In this document: piece after piece, positions 38,784 through 48,500 of the stretch | Position numbering within the stretch: the first letter of the stretch is position 1 | How the letters are laid out: each line of letters begins with the position of its first letter | Source: a virus | Length of the DNA stretch: 64,000 nt | Reading direction: 5' to 3' (one strand) | Virus record (IMG/VR): IMGVR_UViG_3300020477_000014 | Span: 125,713-189,712 of that record | Program-made: the position numbers and the translations under genes | Notes under the pieces: generated by a model | What the model was told of the DNA's origin: nothing | Databases searched by the model: none | The model's input: only the letters and a program-made list of their open reading frames with translations

Positions 38784-38812
38784 TTGACAAGTTCAAATAA
38801 ATATGTTATATT
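38784..38812 (+). promoter_or_regulatory. Sigma70-type promoter
   Basis: TTGACA-17-TATATT with extended TG. Confidence 0.8.
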
Positions 38813-38814
38813 AG

Positions 38815-38850
38815 TAACCACAGGCATCTGTGTCTAGTGGTTATTTTTTT
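38815..38850 (+). terminator. Rho-independent terminator overlapping the promoter start site
   Basis: TAACCAC-AGGCA-TCTG-TGTCT-A-GTGGTTA then T7. Confidence 0.65.
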
Positions 38851-38858
38851 GGAGAAGT

Positions 38859-39275
38859 ATGGACGGGTGGTCATTATTAATTGTAGTGCTGGCATTTATT
38901 AGCGGCTTTATATTTTGTAAGATTCTCGATTTTTTTGCGGCATCGTCATTGGCTGTAAAGATTGTCAAGACAGCTAACCTAACTGCTTTGTATCTGTTTG
39001 TCAAGAGTTTTGAGAAAATTATCTATTATAATAATTTGACTTTGAATGACTATATAAAGAGAGAGGACAACGAAAGAAACATTGAAGTGTTTAAGAGAAA
39101 TCTGGATCAAGAAGTGGAACTCTTTAAGAAAAGATGTATCTCTACCTTAGTGGAAGCGCGACCAAGCATCTTTCGTAATGTCACACCCTATCACGATTGG
39201 CCCAGTGCCATGATGTATCTTAATACGAATAGGGATTTTGTATTAGAACTCTTCAAAGGAAATCAAAATGATTAG
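38859..39275 (+). CDS. Hypothetical membrane protein
   Basis: N-terminal TM segment WSLLIVVLAFISGFIFC. Confidence 0.6.
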   Translation: MDGWSLLIVVLAFISGFIFCKILDFFAASSLAVKIVKTANLTALYLFVKSFEKIIYYNNLTLNDYIKREDNERNIEVFKRNLDQEVELFKKRCISTLVEARPSIFRNVTPYHDWPSAMMYLNTNRDFVLELFKGNQND

Positions 39276-39918
39276 AAAAATTATTAAGAAATGGTTAATT
39301 GGCGAAGAGGATCCGTCAGCCTCTCACAACAAAAGCCGCGTGGTGGTAATAGATCCGAATTCTATGGAACCCCCCACGCCAGAGCCTGAACTAAAGACAA
39401 TCGGACTTTTTTGTGACATTCAAGAAGAGAAGATAGCGGAAATTATTCATGCGTTGTTGTATCTTAATGAAGCCAACAGGCTTCAAAAGGATCCAGAGAA
39501 AAGACAACCCATCGAATTCTATCTCTCCACCTACGGCGGGAGTGCCGATGACATGTTTGCTTTGTACGACATGATGAAGACTGTTGAAGATGAGACGGAG
39601 ATTCATACGTATGGTTTGGGTAAAGTAATGTCAGCCGGTGTGCTTATTCTTGCTGCTGGCACGAAAGGAAAACGAAAGATTGGAAAAAACTGTCGAGTGA
39701 TGCTCCACTCTGTGATAGCTGGTACCGGTGGACCTCTCCATAATCTAGTTAATGAGATAGAAGCGATTCAAGATCTCCAAAAAACATACATTAAGTGTTT
39801 AGCAGAAGAAACAAAAATGTCCAAAAAAGAGATCAAAAACATGCTAGAACAAAAGGTAAATGTCTATTTATCAGCAGAAGAAGCAGTTGAATTAGGAATT
39901 GCAGACATTATTGTTTGA
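39268..39918 (+). CDS. clpP: ClpP-like serine protease
   Basis: YLSTYGG, GKVMSAG (catalytic Ser), RVMLHS (His), YLSAEEAVELGIAD. Confidence 0.9.
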   Translation: MIRKIIKKWLIGEEDPSASHNKSRVVVIDPNSMEPPTPEPELKTIGLFCDIQEEKIAEIIHALLYLNEANRLQKDPEKRQPIEFYLSTYGGSADDMFALYDMMKTVEDETEIHTYGLGKVMSAGVLILAAGTKGKRKIGKNCRVMLHSVIAGTGGPLHNLVNEIEAIQDLQKTYIKCLAEETKMSKKEIKNMLEQKVNVYLSAEEAVELGIADIIV

Positions 39919-39927
39919 GGTGTTTAT

Positions 39928-41250
39928 ATGTCAGATTTAAAAGAAGCTTTAGATAAAGCTTATAAGAAACAAAATGCAAAAATCACAGTCGATGCTCTCA
40001 CTGGGATGATCAATGAAGCATTGGACGCGGTGTATGATGAGGTGGTGGCCAAACCCGCTGTCAAAGAGGCGCGCCTGAAGAAAGAACAGGCAAAGACTTT
40101 TATGTTATCTTTGCCGAAGTTTACGCCCTCTGAAGCATGGGGTGATCCAAACTCTATGGAAAGACAACAGATACAACAGATTTTTAATGTTATCGGGGGA
40201 GAGCGCACGATTAAAGCAAAGTTGGGGTTTCTTCAAAGAATCGCCAGTCCTGATAATCGAATTCGATCGCCGCGTCGTATCATTTCTTCTCTTATTATTC
40301 TGGAGTCTCTAAGTGCTGTCATTAATAGCTTTAATTCTTCTAGCGCTGGCTTTGTGTTTGAGGGATTTCTGGCAGCACTCTTTCAAGGGGCGCAAGAGGC
40401 GGGAGTAGATACAACCGCCGGTAGTCTTCCTATTGAAGACCTTATTGCGTTTAGTGATACCGACAAAGCGGTCCCTATTAGTTTGAAGCTTCTTAACCAA
40501 ACGACCCAAGTGGAGGGAAGCTATACCAACCTCATAGACGGTTTAAGTAAGTTTGGCCACATGGTTTATCTTGTAGCCAGAAAAGATTCCGACGGCTCGG
40601 GGATCAATATAGAACAATTTACATTAGATAAAGACAATTTTGTCAAAGCCCTGAGCCAGTCTGCTAGGGGTGGCTCGAAGAAAGGCGCTTCCGTTTTTCA
40701 GATCGTCGACCACCCCGATTTAGGAACGCTAAACGTTGCCCAATCTCTTCAGCTTTTAAACTCGATAGTGTCAAAGGACAATCCCCAAGAATGGGAGAAG
40801 AAGTATGATATTCTTCAACACACCAAAGGATATTCGGGCAAAGTTAGAGACAAGAGGAAGAGGGAAAAAGAAGCCGCGGCGCTCAAAGCAGCCCAAAGTG
40901 AGGGTGGGTTGGACATGGATAGCCAAACCTCCCTGCAAGAGTCCAAAGGCGGCACACAATGGTCGATCAGCCCCGCTCAGCTTGTCTCTTTTGACTTTGT
41001 TGAATACGATCATTTGGGAGAGCTTAAATATTCTGAGGAAGAATTAAAAAAGACAGCCGAAATGCATATGGCGAAATTAGACGAGGAATTGTTGGTCCTT
41101 TTTGAAGCCACACAGGGTCTTTCTGAGCATGTCAATGAATATTTTACATATGAAAAAAGATCCAAAGCCATCTCGTCCGGAGAAAAAGCAATTCAAGACA
41201 CTGTTACCATCCAGAAATCTTTAACAGCACAAATTTCAGCAGACAAATAA
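39928..41250 (+). CDS. Hypothetical protein, possible PD-(D/E)xK-like fold
   Basis: GFVFEGFLA...IED...ISLK pattern; LxE motifs near the ends. Confidence 0.45.
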   Translation: MSDLKEALDKAYKKQNAKITVDALTGMINEALDAVYDEVVAKPAVKEARLKKEQAKTFMLSLPKFTPSEAWGDPNSMERQQIQQIFNVIGGERTIKAKLGFLQRIASPDNRIRSPRRIISSLIILESLSAVINSFNSSSAGFVFEGFLAALFQGAQEAGVDTTAGSLPIEDLIAFSDTDKAVPISLKLLNQTTQVEGSYTNLIDGLSKFGHMVYLVARKDSDGSGINIEQFTLDKDNFVKALSQSARGGSKKGASVFQIVDHPDLGTLNVAQSLQLLNSIVSKDNPQEWEKKYDILQHTKGYSGKVRDKRKREKEAAALKAAQSEGGLDMDSQTSLQESKGGTQWSISPAQLVSFDFVEYDHLGELKYSEEELKKTAEMHMAKLDEELLVLFEATQGLSEHVNEYFTYEKRSKAISSGEKAIQDTVTIQKSLTAQISADK

Positions 41251-41251
41251 C

Positions 41252-41280
41252 TTGACAACTCAACCATTAACGGTTATAAT
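41252..41280 (+). promoter_or_regulatory. Sigma70-type promoter for groEL
   Basis: TTGACA-17-TATAAT. Confidence 0.8.
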
Positions 41281-41311
41281 ATAAATATATGTATATTTTT
41301 GTGAGGTGCAA

Positions 41312-42883
41312 ATGAGTAGAGAATACGGCAACAACCGAGATCTCCAACAGCGAATCTTGAACGGAGCCAATGTTTTAGCAGACAACGTAGCTTCCACACT
41401 TGGACCACGTGGTCGCAATGTTTTGTTGCGAGAGATAGGAAAACAACCCTTTATTACTAAAGATGGGGTTACGGTCGCACATTTTGTGGAACTGAGCGAT
41501 CCCATTGAAGATGCAGGCGCGCAAATTATAAAACAAGCTGCTATCGAAACCAACAACAAAGCCGGCGACGGCACTACAACCTCTACTGTGTTAGCACGTG
41601 CTATTTTGCGTGAATCGCAGCCACATTTGGCATCGGGCGTTTCTCCGATTGAATTACAGCGCGGTATTGATTTGGCAACTCGGGCCATATCTTCTCTTTT
41701 GAGTGAAAGCTCGACACCCGTTACTACGGCTGAAGATATTGAGCATATTGCCACTATTTCTGCTAACAACGATCAAACTATTGGCAAACTTATTTCTTTG
41801 GCTGTTGATCGCGTAGGTCAAGATGGCTCTATCACCATTGAAGAGTCTCGTTCTATGGACACGACGCTGGATGTGACAGAGGGGTTTCGATTAGCTGCGG
41901 GGTTTTGTGCTGGCGCATTTGTTACCGATGAACGCCGCAACATGATGGTTCACCAAGATCCTCTTTTTCTTATTACTGATTATAAGATTAGCACAGTTGA
42001 GCAAATCTTACCTGTGTTAGAGATGGTTGCTCGCGAGGCGCGACCATTAATTATTGTAGCGGAGGATATCGATGGACAAGCATTGGCAGCGTTAATTATG
42101 AATTCAATGCGGGGAAGTCTCAAGGTGGCTGCTATCAAGGCTCCTGAGTATGGAGAGGATAGACGCAACACTCTCAACGATCTTTCTATTTCTACGGGAG
42201 CAGTCTTTGTAACACGAGAAAGCGGTAAAAAACTTACAGATGTAAAGATGGCAGATTTAGGCACGGCGAAATATATCGAAAGCACCAAAAGAGCTTCGAC
42301 TATTGTAGGTGGGAATTGCGATTTTAAGGCTGTTGAGGCGCGTATAGAGACCCTTAAGAACATTATTGGTACCTTGGACAACCTTCATGAATGCGCGCGC
42401 ATACAAGAGCGTATCGTGCGTCTTTCTTCGGGCGTGGCTGTTGTGCGTGTTGGGGGTGCGACTGAGGTAGAAATGACCGAAAAGAAGCATCGAATCGAAG
42501 ATGCACTAGAGGCTGTTCGTTCTGCTCAAGAAGAGGGAGTAGTCACCGGTGGGGGAGTGGCGCTTTTGAGGGCGGCAGCCAAGCTAATAATAGAAACTTC
42601 CAACCGAGAACAAGCTATTGGCGTGGAGATAGTCAAGGTGGCGTGTAGAGAGCCGTTACGTCAGATGGCAATGAACGCCGGTGAATCCCCGGATTTAGTA
42701 GCAGCACAAGTGATGGCTTCTGAGAGGAATATTGGGTGGGATTTTCGAGAGCGCAAACTAACTGATCTTATGGAAAGGGGGATCATTGATCCCGTTAAAG
42801 TTACACGCACCGCTTTGGAAAACGCTGCTAGCTGTGCAGGTACTCTTATTACTACTAACTATGGAATTATACAGACAGGATAA
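41312..42883 (+). CDS. groEL: Group I chaperonin GroEL
   Basis: TLGPRGRNV, TKDGVTVA, AGDGTTT, ISANND, KAP.YG, GGATEVE, EEGVV.GGG, GIIDP.KV; no GGM tail. Confidence 0.97.
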   Translation: MSREYGNNRDLQQRILNGANVLADNVASTLGPRGRNVLLREIGKQPFITKDGVTVAHFVELSDPIEDAGAQIIKQAAIETNNKAGDGTTTSTVLARAILRESQPHLASGVSPIELQRGIDLATRAISSLLSESSTPVTTAEDIEHIATISANNDQTIGKLISLAVDRVGQDGSITIEESRSMDTTLDVTEGFRLAAGFCAGAFVTDERRNMMVHQDPLFLITDYKISTVEQILPVLEMVAREARPLIIVAEDIDGQALAALIMNSMRGSLKVAAIKAPEYGEDRRNTLNDLSISTGAVFVTRESGKKLTDVKMADLGTAKYIESTKRASTIVGGNCDFKAVEARIETLKNIIGTLDNLHECARIQERIVRLSSGVAVVRVGGATEVEMTEKKHRIEDALEAVRSAQEEGVVTGGGVALLRAAAKLIIETSNREQAIGVEIVKVACREPLRQMAMNAGESPDLVAAQVMASERNIGWDFRERKLTDLMERGIIDPVKVTRTALENAASCAGTLITTNYGIIQTG

Positions 42884-42887
42884 AATC

Positions 42888-43139
42888 ATGAACAATGCAC
42901 ATCTCGAGAAAGGCGATCTAATACATATTCCTCAAGGGGTCTTCTTGTTATGCGAAGGGGGGTCGAGTCACCATAGAACCGATCGTCCTCGTACCGCTTT
43001 GTTTCTTGGAGAAACACCTGTAGCAAAGTGGGCTCTGGAATGTCATGCGCGTGTTCTTCTAGATGGAAAAGAGTTTAATGTAAGATCGGATCACATCTAT
43101 TTACTTAAAGAAAAGGAGAAGAAATCACATGTTAGTTAA
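42888..43139 (+). CDS. Small SH3/KOW-like protein (KGDLI variant)
   Basis: LEKGDLIHI N-terminal motif. Confidence 0.5.
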   Translation: MNNAHLEKGDLIHIPQGVFLLCEGGSSHHRTDRPRTALFLGETPVAKWALECHARVLLDGKEFNVRSDHIYLLKEKEKKSHVS

Positions 43140-43434
43140 ACTTACAGAAATATGCTCTAATGGCGCAGTTACCGTTGGGCACAAGTACAAATTGAGGGAA
43201 GTGTTTGTTAATCCAGAACATGTAGTCCTTATTCGGGAAGAGACTCGCGTACGCGAACTCAATGAAAATGGGATGTTAAACTTGCCCGGCACCGACACGC
43301 TCAACAAGAGCCATCGTTTTTCTAAATTAACTATCAATCGAGGGCATTCAGGCTCTGAGATTGTGGTGGTGGGCGCCCCAGATCAGGTAGAGAGCAGTCT
43401 CAAATTAAATAATCGGACTGTTTTAAGAGGATAA
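43129..43434 (+). CDS. Hypothetical protein
   Basis: LREVFVNPEHVVLIRE (FlbD-like beta pattern); coupled ORF. Confidence 0.6.
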   Translation: MLVKLTEICSNGAVTVGHKYKLREVFVNPEHVVLIREETRVRELNENGMLNLPGTDTLNKSHRFSKLTINRGHSGSEIVVVGAPDQVESSLKLNNRTVLRG

Positions 43435-43435
43435 A

Positions 43436-43765
43436 ATGTCGCAGCGAATTAATATAACTTATTCAATTAAATTAGAAGATCTGGACAACGAAGTACGCCG
43501 GCTTCTCCATGGGGCTTTTCAGCGTTTATCGGAGGCGCGCGATAAACATGAATCCTTAAGAAGTGAAGACGAGAGGGTTTTAACTAGAGAGTGTTTTGAT
43601 GAAATAGATGGACTGCGGCGCACCTTATCGGATGTTGATGTAACTTTGGGAGACATTAATACATTGATTGCCTCTTATTTAAGTTATGAAGCCCAACAAG
43701 TTCAGCCACCTCCGTCGCGACCTGATATTTCTAGTTCTGATGTAATTCATGAAGACTCCGATTAA
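43436..43765 (+). CDS. Hypothetical coiled-coil protein
   Basis: Coupled ORF. Confidence 0.6.
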   Translation: MSQRINITYSIKLEDLDNEVRRLLHGAFQRLSEARDKHESLRSEDERVLTRECFDEIDGLRRTLSDVDVTLGDINTLIASYLSYEAQQVQPPPSRPDISSSDVIHEDSD

Positions 43766-44522
43766 AGATGCGACCAGGACCAATCTTTGTTTGCGTAGCC
43801 TTAAGGACATTATACCCGTAGGTGCGGTGGTAGATTCGTATTTGTTTTACGGAGGGGCAATAGAGTTTGCGTTGGCCAAAACGCATCGGGTGATTAATGC
43901 ATATACCGCTAGCCCTTACGTGTATGAGTTTTGGGATATGGTAAGGCGTGACAAGACTTTAATTGCTAAAATTAGTAGCTCTTCTCCTTCCAAGTTGGAG
44001 GGGGAGATGTTTCCCCTTCTTCAAGATACGTGGCACACATATAAGCGTGATTTTATTCGTGCGTCGATGTTTTTCATTCTTAATAGATGTTCGTCGCGAG
44101 GGTTAATTTCGAGCGGCGAAATGTGTTTGGAAAACTTTAATCCTGTTGCTCTTAGTTATTTAAATAATTTTCATTTTCCAGAAGCCTTTTCTCTAGAGTG
44201 TGTCCCTTCGCGCCAACTAGTTGATATGGTTCAAATTGAAACAAAGGCAGATTATATTTTTATTCCTTGCGGAACTTTTAGCTATAATTTGTTTGAAGAA
44301 GGAAAGAGTTTGGGACCCGAAGAGACTGGCATCAATCATATCGAATTGCGTGATTTGCTACGCAGCATTACAACGCCTTGGATATTAAGCTATCAGCAGC
44401 ATCCAGCCCTGGACCGCGTTTTTGATCGAGAAAGCATGCGCTTTATAGATGCTTATGGTAATCGTGTAACAGATCGGTCCGAAGCTACAGAGCTTTTAAT
44501 ATCCAACAGTTTGCTCACCTGA
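43749..44522 (+). CDS. Degenerate Dam-like methyltransferase homologue
   Basis: MKTPIK, FLYGGAIEF, FILNRCS, WILSY echo Dam motifs, but DPPY is replaced by FIPC. Confidence 0.55.
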   Translation: MKTPIKDATRTNLCLRSLKDIIPVGAVVDSYLFYGGAIEFALAKTHRVINAYTASPYVYEFWDMVRRDKTLIAKISSSSPSKLEGEMFPLLQDTWHTYKRDFIRASMFFILNRCSSRGLISSGEMCLENFNPVALSYLNNFHFPEAFSLECVPSRQLVDMVQIETKADYIFIPCGTFSYNLFEEGKSLGPEETGINHIELRDLLRSITTPWILSYQQHPALDRVFDRESMRFIDAYGNRVTDRSEATELLISNSLLT

Positions 44523-45105
44523 TGCTATCGTATAACATAATCATCGTTTGGTCCACATCTCGATCGGAAAGAATGGGTTGAATCTTGATAACAACTGGTT
44601 CTTTTTCGTTAGCCTGAAAGCCGGTACCTACGACTCCGCCGATGGATTTAACTTCTTTTTCCTTGTTAACGATTTTGGTTTTGGTATGCTTGACATAGGA
44701 AGATTGTCCTTGGACCTTGCCGCTGTCATCAATTAACAGCAGACTTAGGCTAGCCTGATTGTCATTTATAACCACCGTACTACGAAGGAGCCACACACTG
44801 TTTTCTTGCATACACTTATAAGTAGCTTTTTGGAAGTCACACTCAGGATACCGCAAACCTACGGTATCTCGATTATAGATGGCATGGATGGTTCCGTTCT
44901 TGAACCAAGGCTTGTGGTGGCGATTGGCTGCCACAAACAATGTTGAAGCGTCGTTTTTATAATTACAGGAGTCGCACACCACCTTGGGATCTTCCATATA
45001 GATCTCCACATAGCGACTGTCTTTAACAGTGATGCTTAAATCAGGCTGCCATGGTGAAGCCGTATCTTCTTCTGCATAAACTAAACTGAGTAAAAACATT
45101 AACAT
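44515..45105 (-). CDS. Putative exported protein
   Basis: Signal-peptide-like MLMFLLSLVYA; RBS AGAGGT; ACTATTTA upstream on the minus strand. Confidence 0.65.
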   Translation of the reverse strand: MLMFLLSLVYAEEDTASPWQPDLSITVKDSRYVEIYMEDPKVVCDSCNYKNDASTLFVAANRHHKPWFKNGTIHAIYNRDTVGLRYPECDFQKATYKCMQENSVWLLRSTVVINDNQASLSLLLIDDSGKVQGQSSYVKHTKTKIVNKEKEVKSIGGVVGTGFQANEKEPVVIKIQPILSDRDVDQTMIMLYDSIR

Positions 45106-45120
45106 AACACACCTCTTTCT

Positions 45121-45128
45121 TAAATAGT
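45121..45128 (-). promoter_or_regulatory. Putative late promoter motif ACTATTTA (minus strand)
   Basis: TAAATAGT on the + strand, 16 nt upstream of the 45105 start. Confidence 0.5.
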
Positions 45129-45149
45129 GTGTTAAAACTTAAATAATAC

Positions 45150-45178
45150 TTGACATTAATGCACAAATGTGTTAAGAT
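45150..45178 (+). promoter_or_regulatory. Sigma70-type promoter
   Basis: TTGACA-17-TAAGAT. Confidence 0.65.
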
Positions 45179-45204
45179 AATAGTAATTACCTGGAGATAT
45201 AACA

Positions 45205-45534
45205 ATGAAGAGAATTGACAAACCATGGGGCCATGAAATTATTTGGGCTGTCACGCCTGATTATGTGGGTAAGATTTTGCACATCAATGCAGGTCACCGA
45301 CTCTCTAAGCAATATCATGAGATTAAAGAAGAAACTGTCTATGTTTTGGAGGGCACTCTTTATAATTATGAAGAAGATGGGTGTATCACCAAAGTGTTGC
45401 CGGGAAACGCCTTTCACGTGAACGTAGGTCAGGTCCACCGCTTTGGTGCGAACGAGAGCCATGTGAGGTTGGTAGAGGTGAGCACCCCTCATTTGGAGGA
45501 TGTCGTTAGGTTAGAAGATGATTACGACAGATAA
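45205..45534 (+). CDS. Cupin (mannose-6-phosphate isomerase type II C-terminal-like)
   Basis: KPWG.E, LSKQYH..K.ET.YVLEG, HRFGA, EVSTP...DVVRLEDDY.R. Confidence 0.85.
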   Translation: MKRIDKPWGHEIIWAVTPDYVGKILHINAGHRLSKQYHEIKEETVYVLEGTLYNYEEDGCITKVLPGNAFHVNVGQVHRFGANESHVRLVEVSTPHLEDVVRLEDDYDR

Positions 45535-45547
45535 TACAAAATTACTA

Positions 45548-45555
45548 ACTATTTA
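45548..45555 (+). promoter_or_regulatory. Putative late promoter motif ACTATTTA
   Basis: Upstream of the 1146-aa gene RBS GAGGT. Confidence 0.55.
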
Positions 45556-45578
45556 TAGTATTATCGAGGTTTTTTAAT

Positions 45579-48500
45579 ATGGACAAAGCAACTAACCATT
45601 GGTTCAAGCGACTCAACGAGGATCGCTATGACGTTTTAAATGAAGCCCAGTTGGAAGATTTCGGCTTACCCGACATCATTGTGAAGCGCATCAGGGCATC
45701 CATGCATGATGCCGGCAACAAAGCACAGATTTGGTTAGGTAACCAATGGAAAGAGCAAGTGGCTCACGACTCGATACGAGAAAAGGCAGTCTTTGAGGTG
45801 ATTGATCATTGGGTGGATGACTTTATTAGTGAACTTCCCGTAGAAAAACGCTCCGAAGGCAACCCTGACTTTAAGAAAGCCAAGTTTATAATTCAGAATA
45901 TCAAAGGCGCTATGACAAGCACTCAGCCGGGCAGCAACGGTCGCATCGGTAAGGCTCTCCGCAAAGCAGACAAAGCTATACGCAAGAATCCCTTATTTAA
46001 AGAAGTGTTCGGAGATGAGCTTGACACCAAAGCCGACGACTTCATGGACACTGTGAGACTGAAGGCACTAAAACACAATTGGAATCAGTTTTTTGCCCTT
46101 AACAATGATTTGATTAACTTTCTGAAGCAAGATCCCACTAACTATGAATACTTTAAAGACAAAGACATAGGTGATGAAGTCACCATCGAGGTTTATGATC
46201 GTGAAACTCGCAGCGAAGAAGAGGTAAATTTCTTAGATGCCAACTCCTATGCTGAGTATTTGTTGAGTAATGTTGAATTTCCCGACCGCATCATAAAACA
46301 TTTCGACGATGGCTTTTATTGGTACGATCTCAAGACCAACAAGTGTTCGGTTGAAGGAGAGCGCATGGGTCATTGTGGTGCCGACGATCGCGGAACACTC
46401 TACTCGCTGAGATACAAAAAGAAAGGCAAGAAGTGGTCATCGTCGATGGTCACCGTTTCAGCCGACGACGACACGATCTATCAAATTAAGGGTCGCGACA
46501 ACAATGCTCCCGACGAAGACACATGGAAACACATCGCTTGGTTTATCGACAACATGGACATTGAGTACGTTAAAGAAAGCGGGGAACACTCTGACGATCA
46601 TGCGGGCATCAGTGAAATGATCGAGTATTTAAGAGGTGATACTGAAGCTACATTTGAAGGCTCACTGGAAGACCGTGCTGACGCACTACAAGAAGAATTG
46701 GAAGAGATAACTCGTTCCTACAACAATGCTTTCGAGAACGATGTGTGGATCCAAGCTAGCGAAGTTACAGTAGAGGATGATTATATGTACTACTATGCCG
46801 ACGGGGGTGTGGAGTTTAACATTCCGTTAGGCTGGAAAGATGTAGCGCATGCCGGCAACACTTGGTTTCCCAACAACGAGGAAGAGCGAGATAAGTATTA
46901 TCAAATTCCGGAGCATTGGCCACGAACCGAAGAGTCTCGCGCTTTTGAAACGGGCTTAGACGAGGCGTTCGGATTTACTCCCGAAGAAACCGAATGGGAA
47001 GTGAGCGACGACGCCATTCTTACGGTTAAGTTTCGCTTTTCATGTGATGATTGCGGGAGTGATGATTCGGACCCTTACGACAGTTGGGCATATTGGGTGC
47101 AGACCGATGTTGACGAGAAATATGAAGAAATCAAAAAGAAGATGCATCGCTGGCTAGCGGACGAAGAATACACCGCCCCACGCGAATGGCCAAAGACCAT
47201 CAAGAAGTTAGCTCAGTTTGCGCAAACCCTTGAGAATTTCTATGCCGATCTCGATCCCGAAAACGAAGAAGACGATCTGGATGAGTCCGATCATATACGC
47301 TTTTGGTTATCCGAAGGTGGAACACGCCAAGACACAACCATCGAAACAGACATAGTGATTCCGCCTGATTACTTTTCCAAGTTAGGCATACAAAACGGTT
47401 CAATCGCACAATCCCGGGCGACAGCTAAGATATTTGGAGGCAGACCCGATGCGGGCTCTATTCCGCCATCGCCCAAATTTCAACAAGATATACAGGCGGC
47501 AACCCAAAAGCTTGAACAAGCAGCACAGAAGGCAGCAGACCGCCAGCTAGTGCTTCCGGGCATGCCTTCGCACTTTTATCGGCGAGAATATAAATCAACT
47601 CAATTTGCAGAATCATCCATGGTTCGTATTACCGCAGACTTGATTAGGAGAGAAACAGAGCCCAGCGCCGGCTTTTATCCCATGCGTTTAGGATACAGAT
47701 ATACAATAGACTTTGAAGAAGCCACAACACCCGAACAAATCAAGGGAGCCATGGCATTCATGGAGTATATGGATCGCGATAACAACGTTGAGCATCTTAA
47801 GAAAGCCATCGAAGAAACTATGAGAGATTGGGTTCAAGATGCCATTGGCGTAGCGGACATGGATTACAAATCATCAATTTCGTCCCGCAGTGCCAAAGAA
47901 CTAATTTCCAGAATCATTGATACATACACTGCGCGGCTTCCCAATGACCGCACCACCCGCTCCCAAGAGCGCATAAACTTAGCTCGATGGGCAGACGAAA
48001 ACTTTGAGAAGATGAATGATGTGGAGAAGCGCGTACTGATTACGCAGTACTTAACTCCGGTTGCCGTGACGGGGGCGGGGGTTAACTTCGAACCCGAAGA
48101 GGGAGATGAGTTCCCGGCTAACTGGGTGCCACGCGTCCGAAGCGAGTTGGAGCGTCTTGGACACCCATCACCGCGTGACTACAAAGCCGACATGTATCAA
48201 GAGTCAGTCGAAGAGCAGATCGAGAGGTTGGACAGATTGCTGAATGAAGAAGACCCCAACTATGACTTGCGTATGTATAAGATCCGCGTCACATGCTCGG
48301 TTGATAAAGATATAGGCGGTACCGATTTAGAAACTGAACATGAGATTCGTGGCGTCTGGGGAGTAACGACGGTAGAACCTGACGCTAAAACTAAGCGCAA
48401 AATAACACCGTCAGCAATTGCGCTCGTCTACAGTATTAAATTTAAGTTACACGGACAAGAGAATCGACAGTCGTATGTTAATAAAGTTTTAATTCCTGGA

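Noticed and set aside
41260-41769. 169-aa minus-strand ORF, and many similar 60-140 aa shadow ORFs across the window
   Set aside because: They lie antisense to or out of frame with well-supported genes (here groEL) and have no independent signals.
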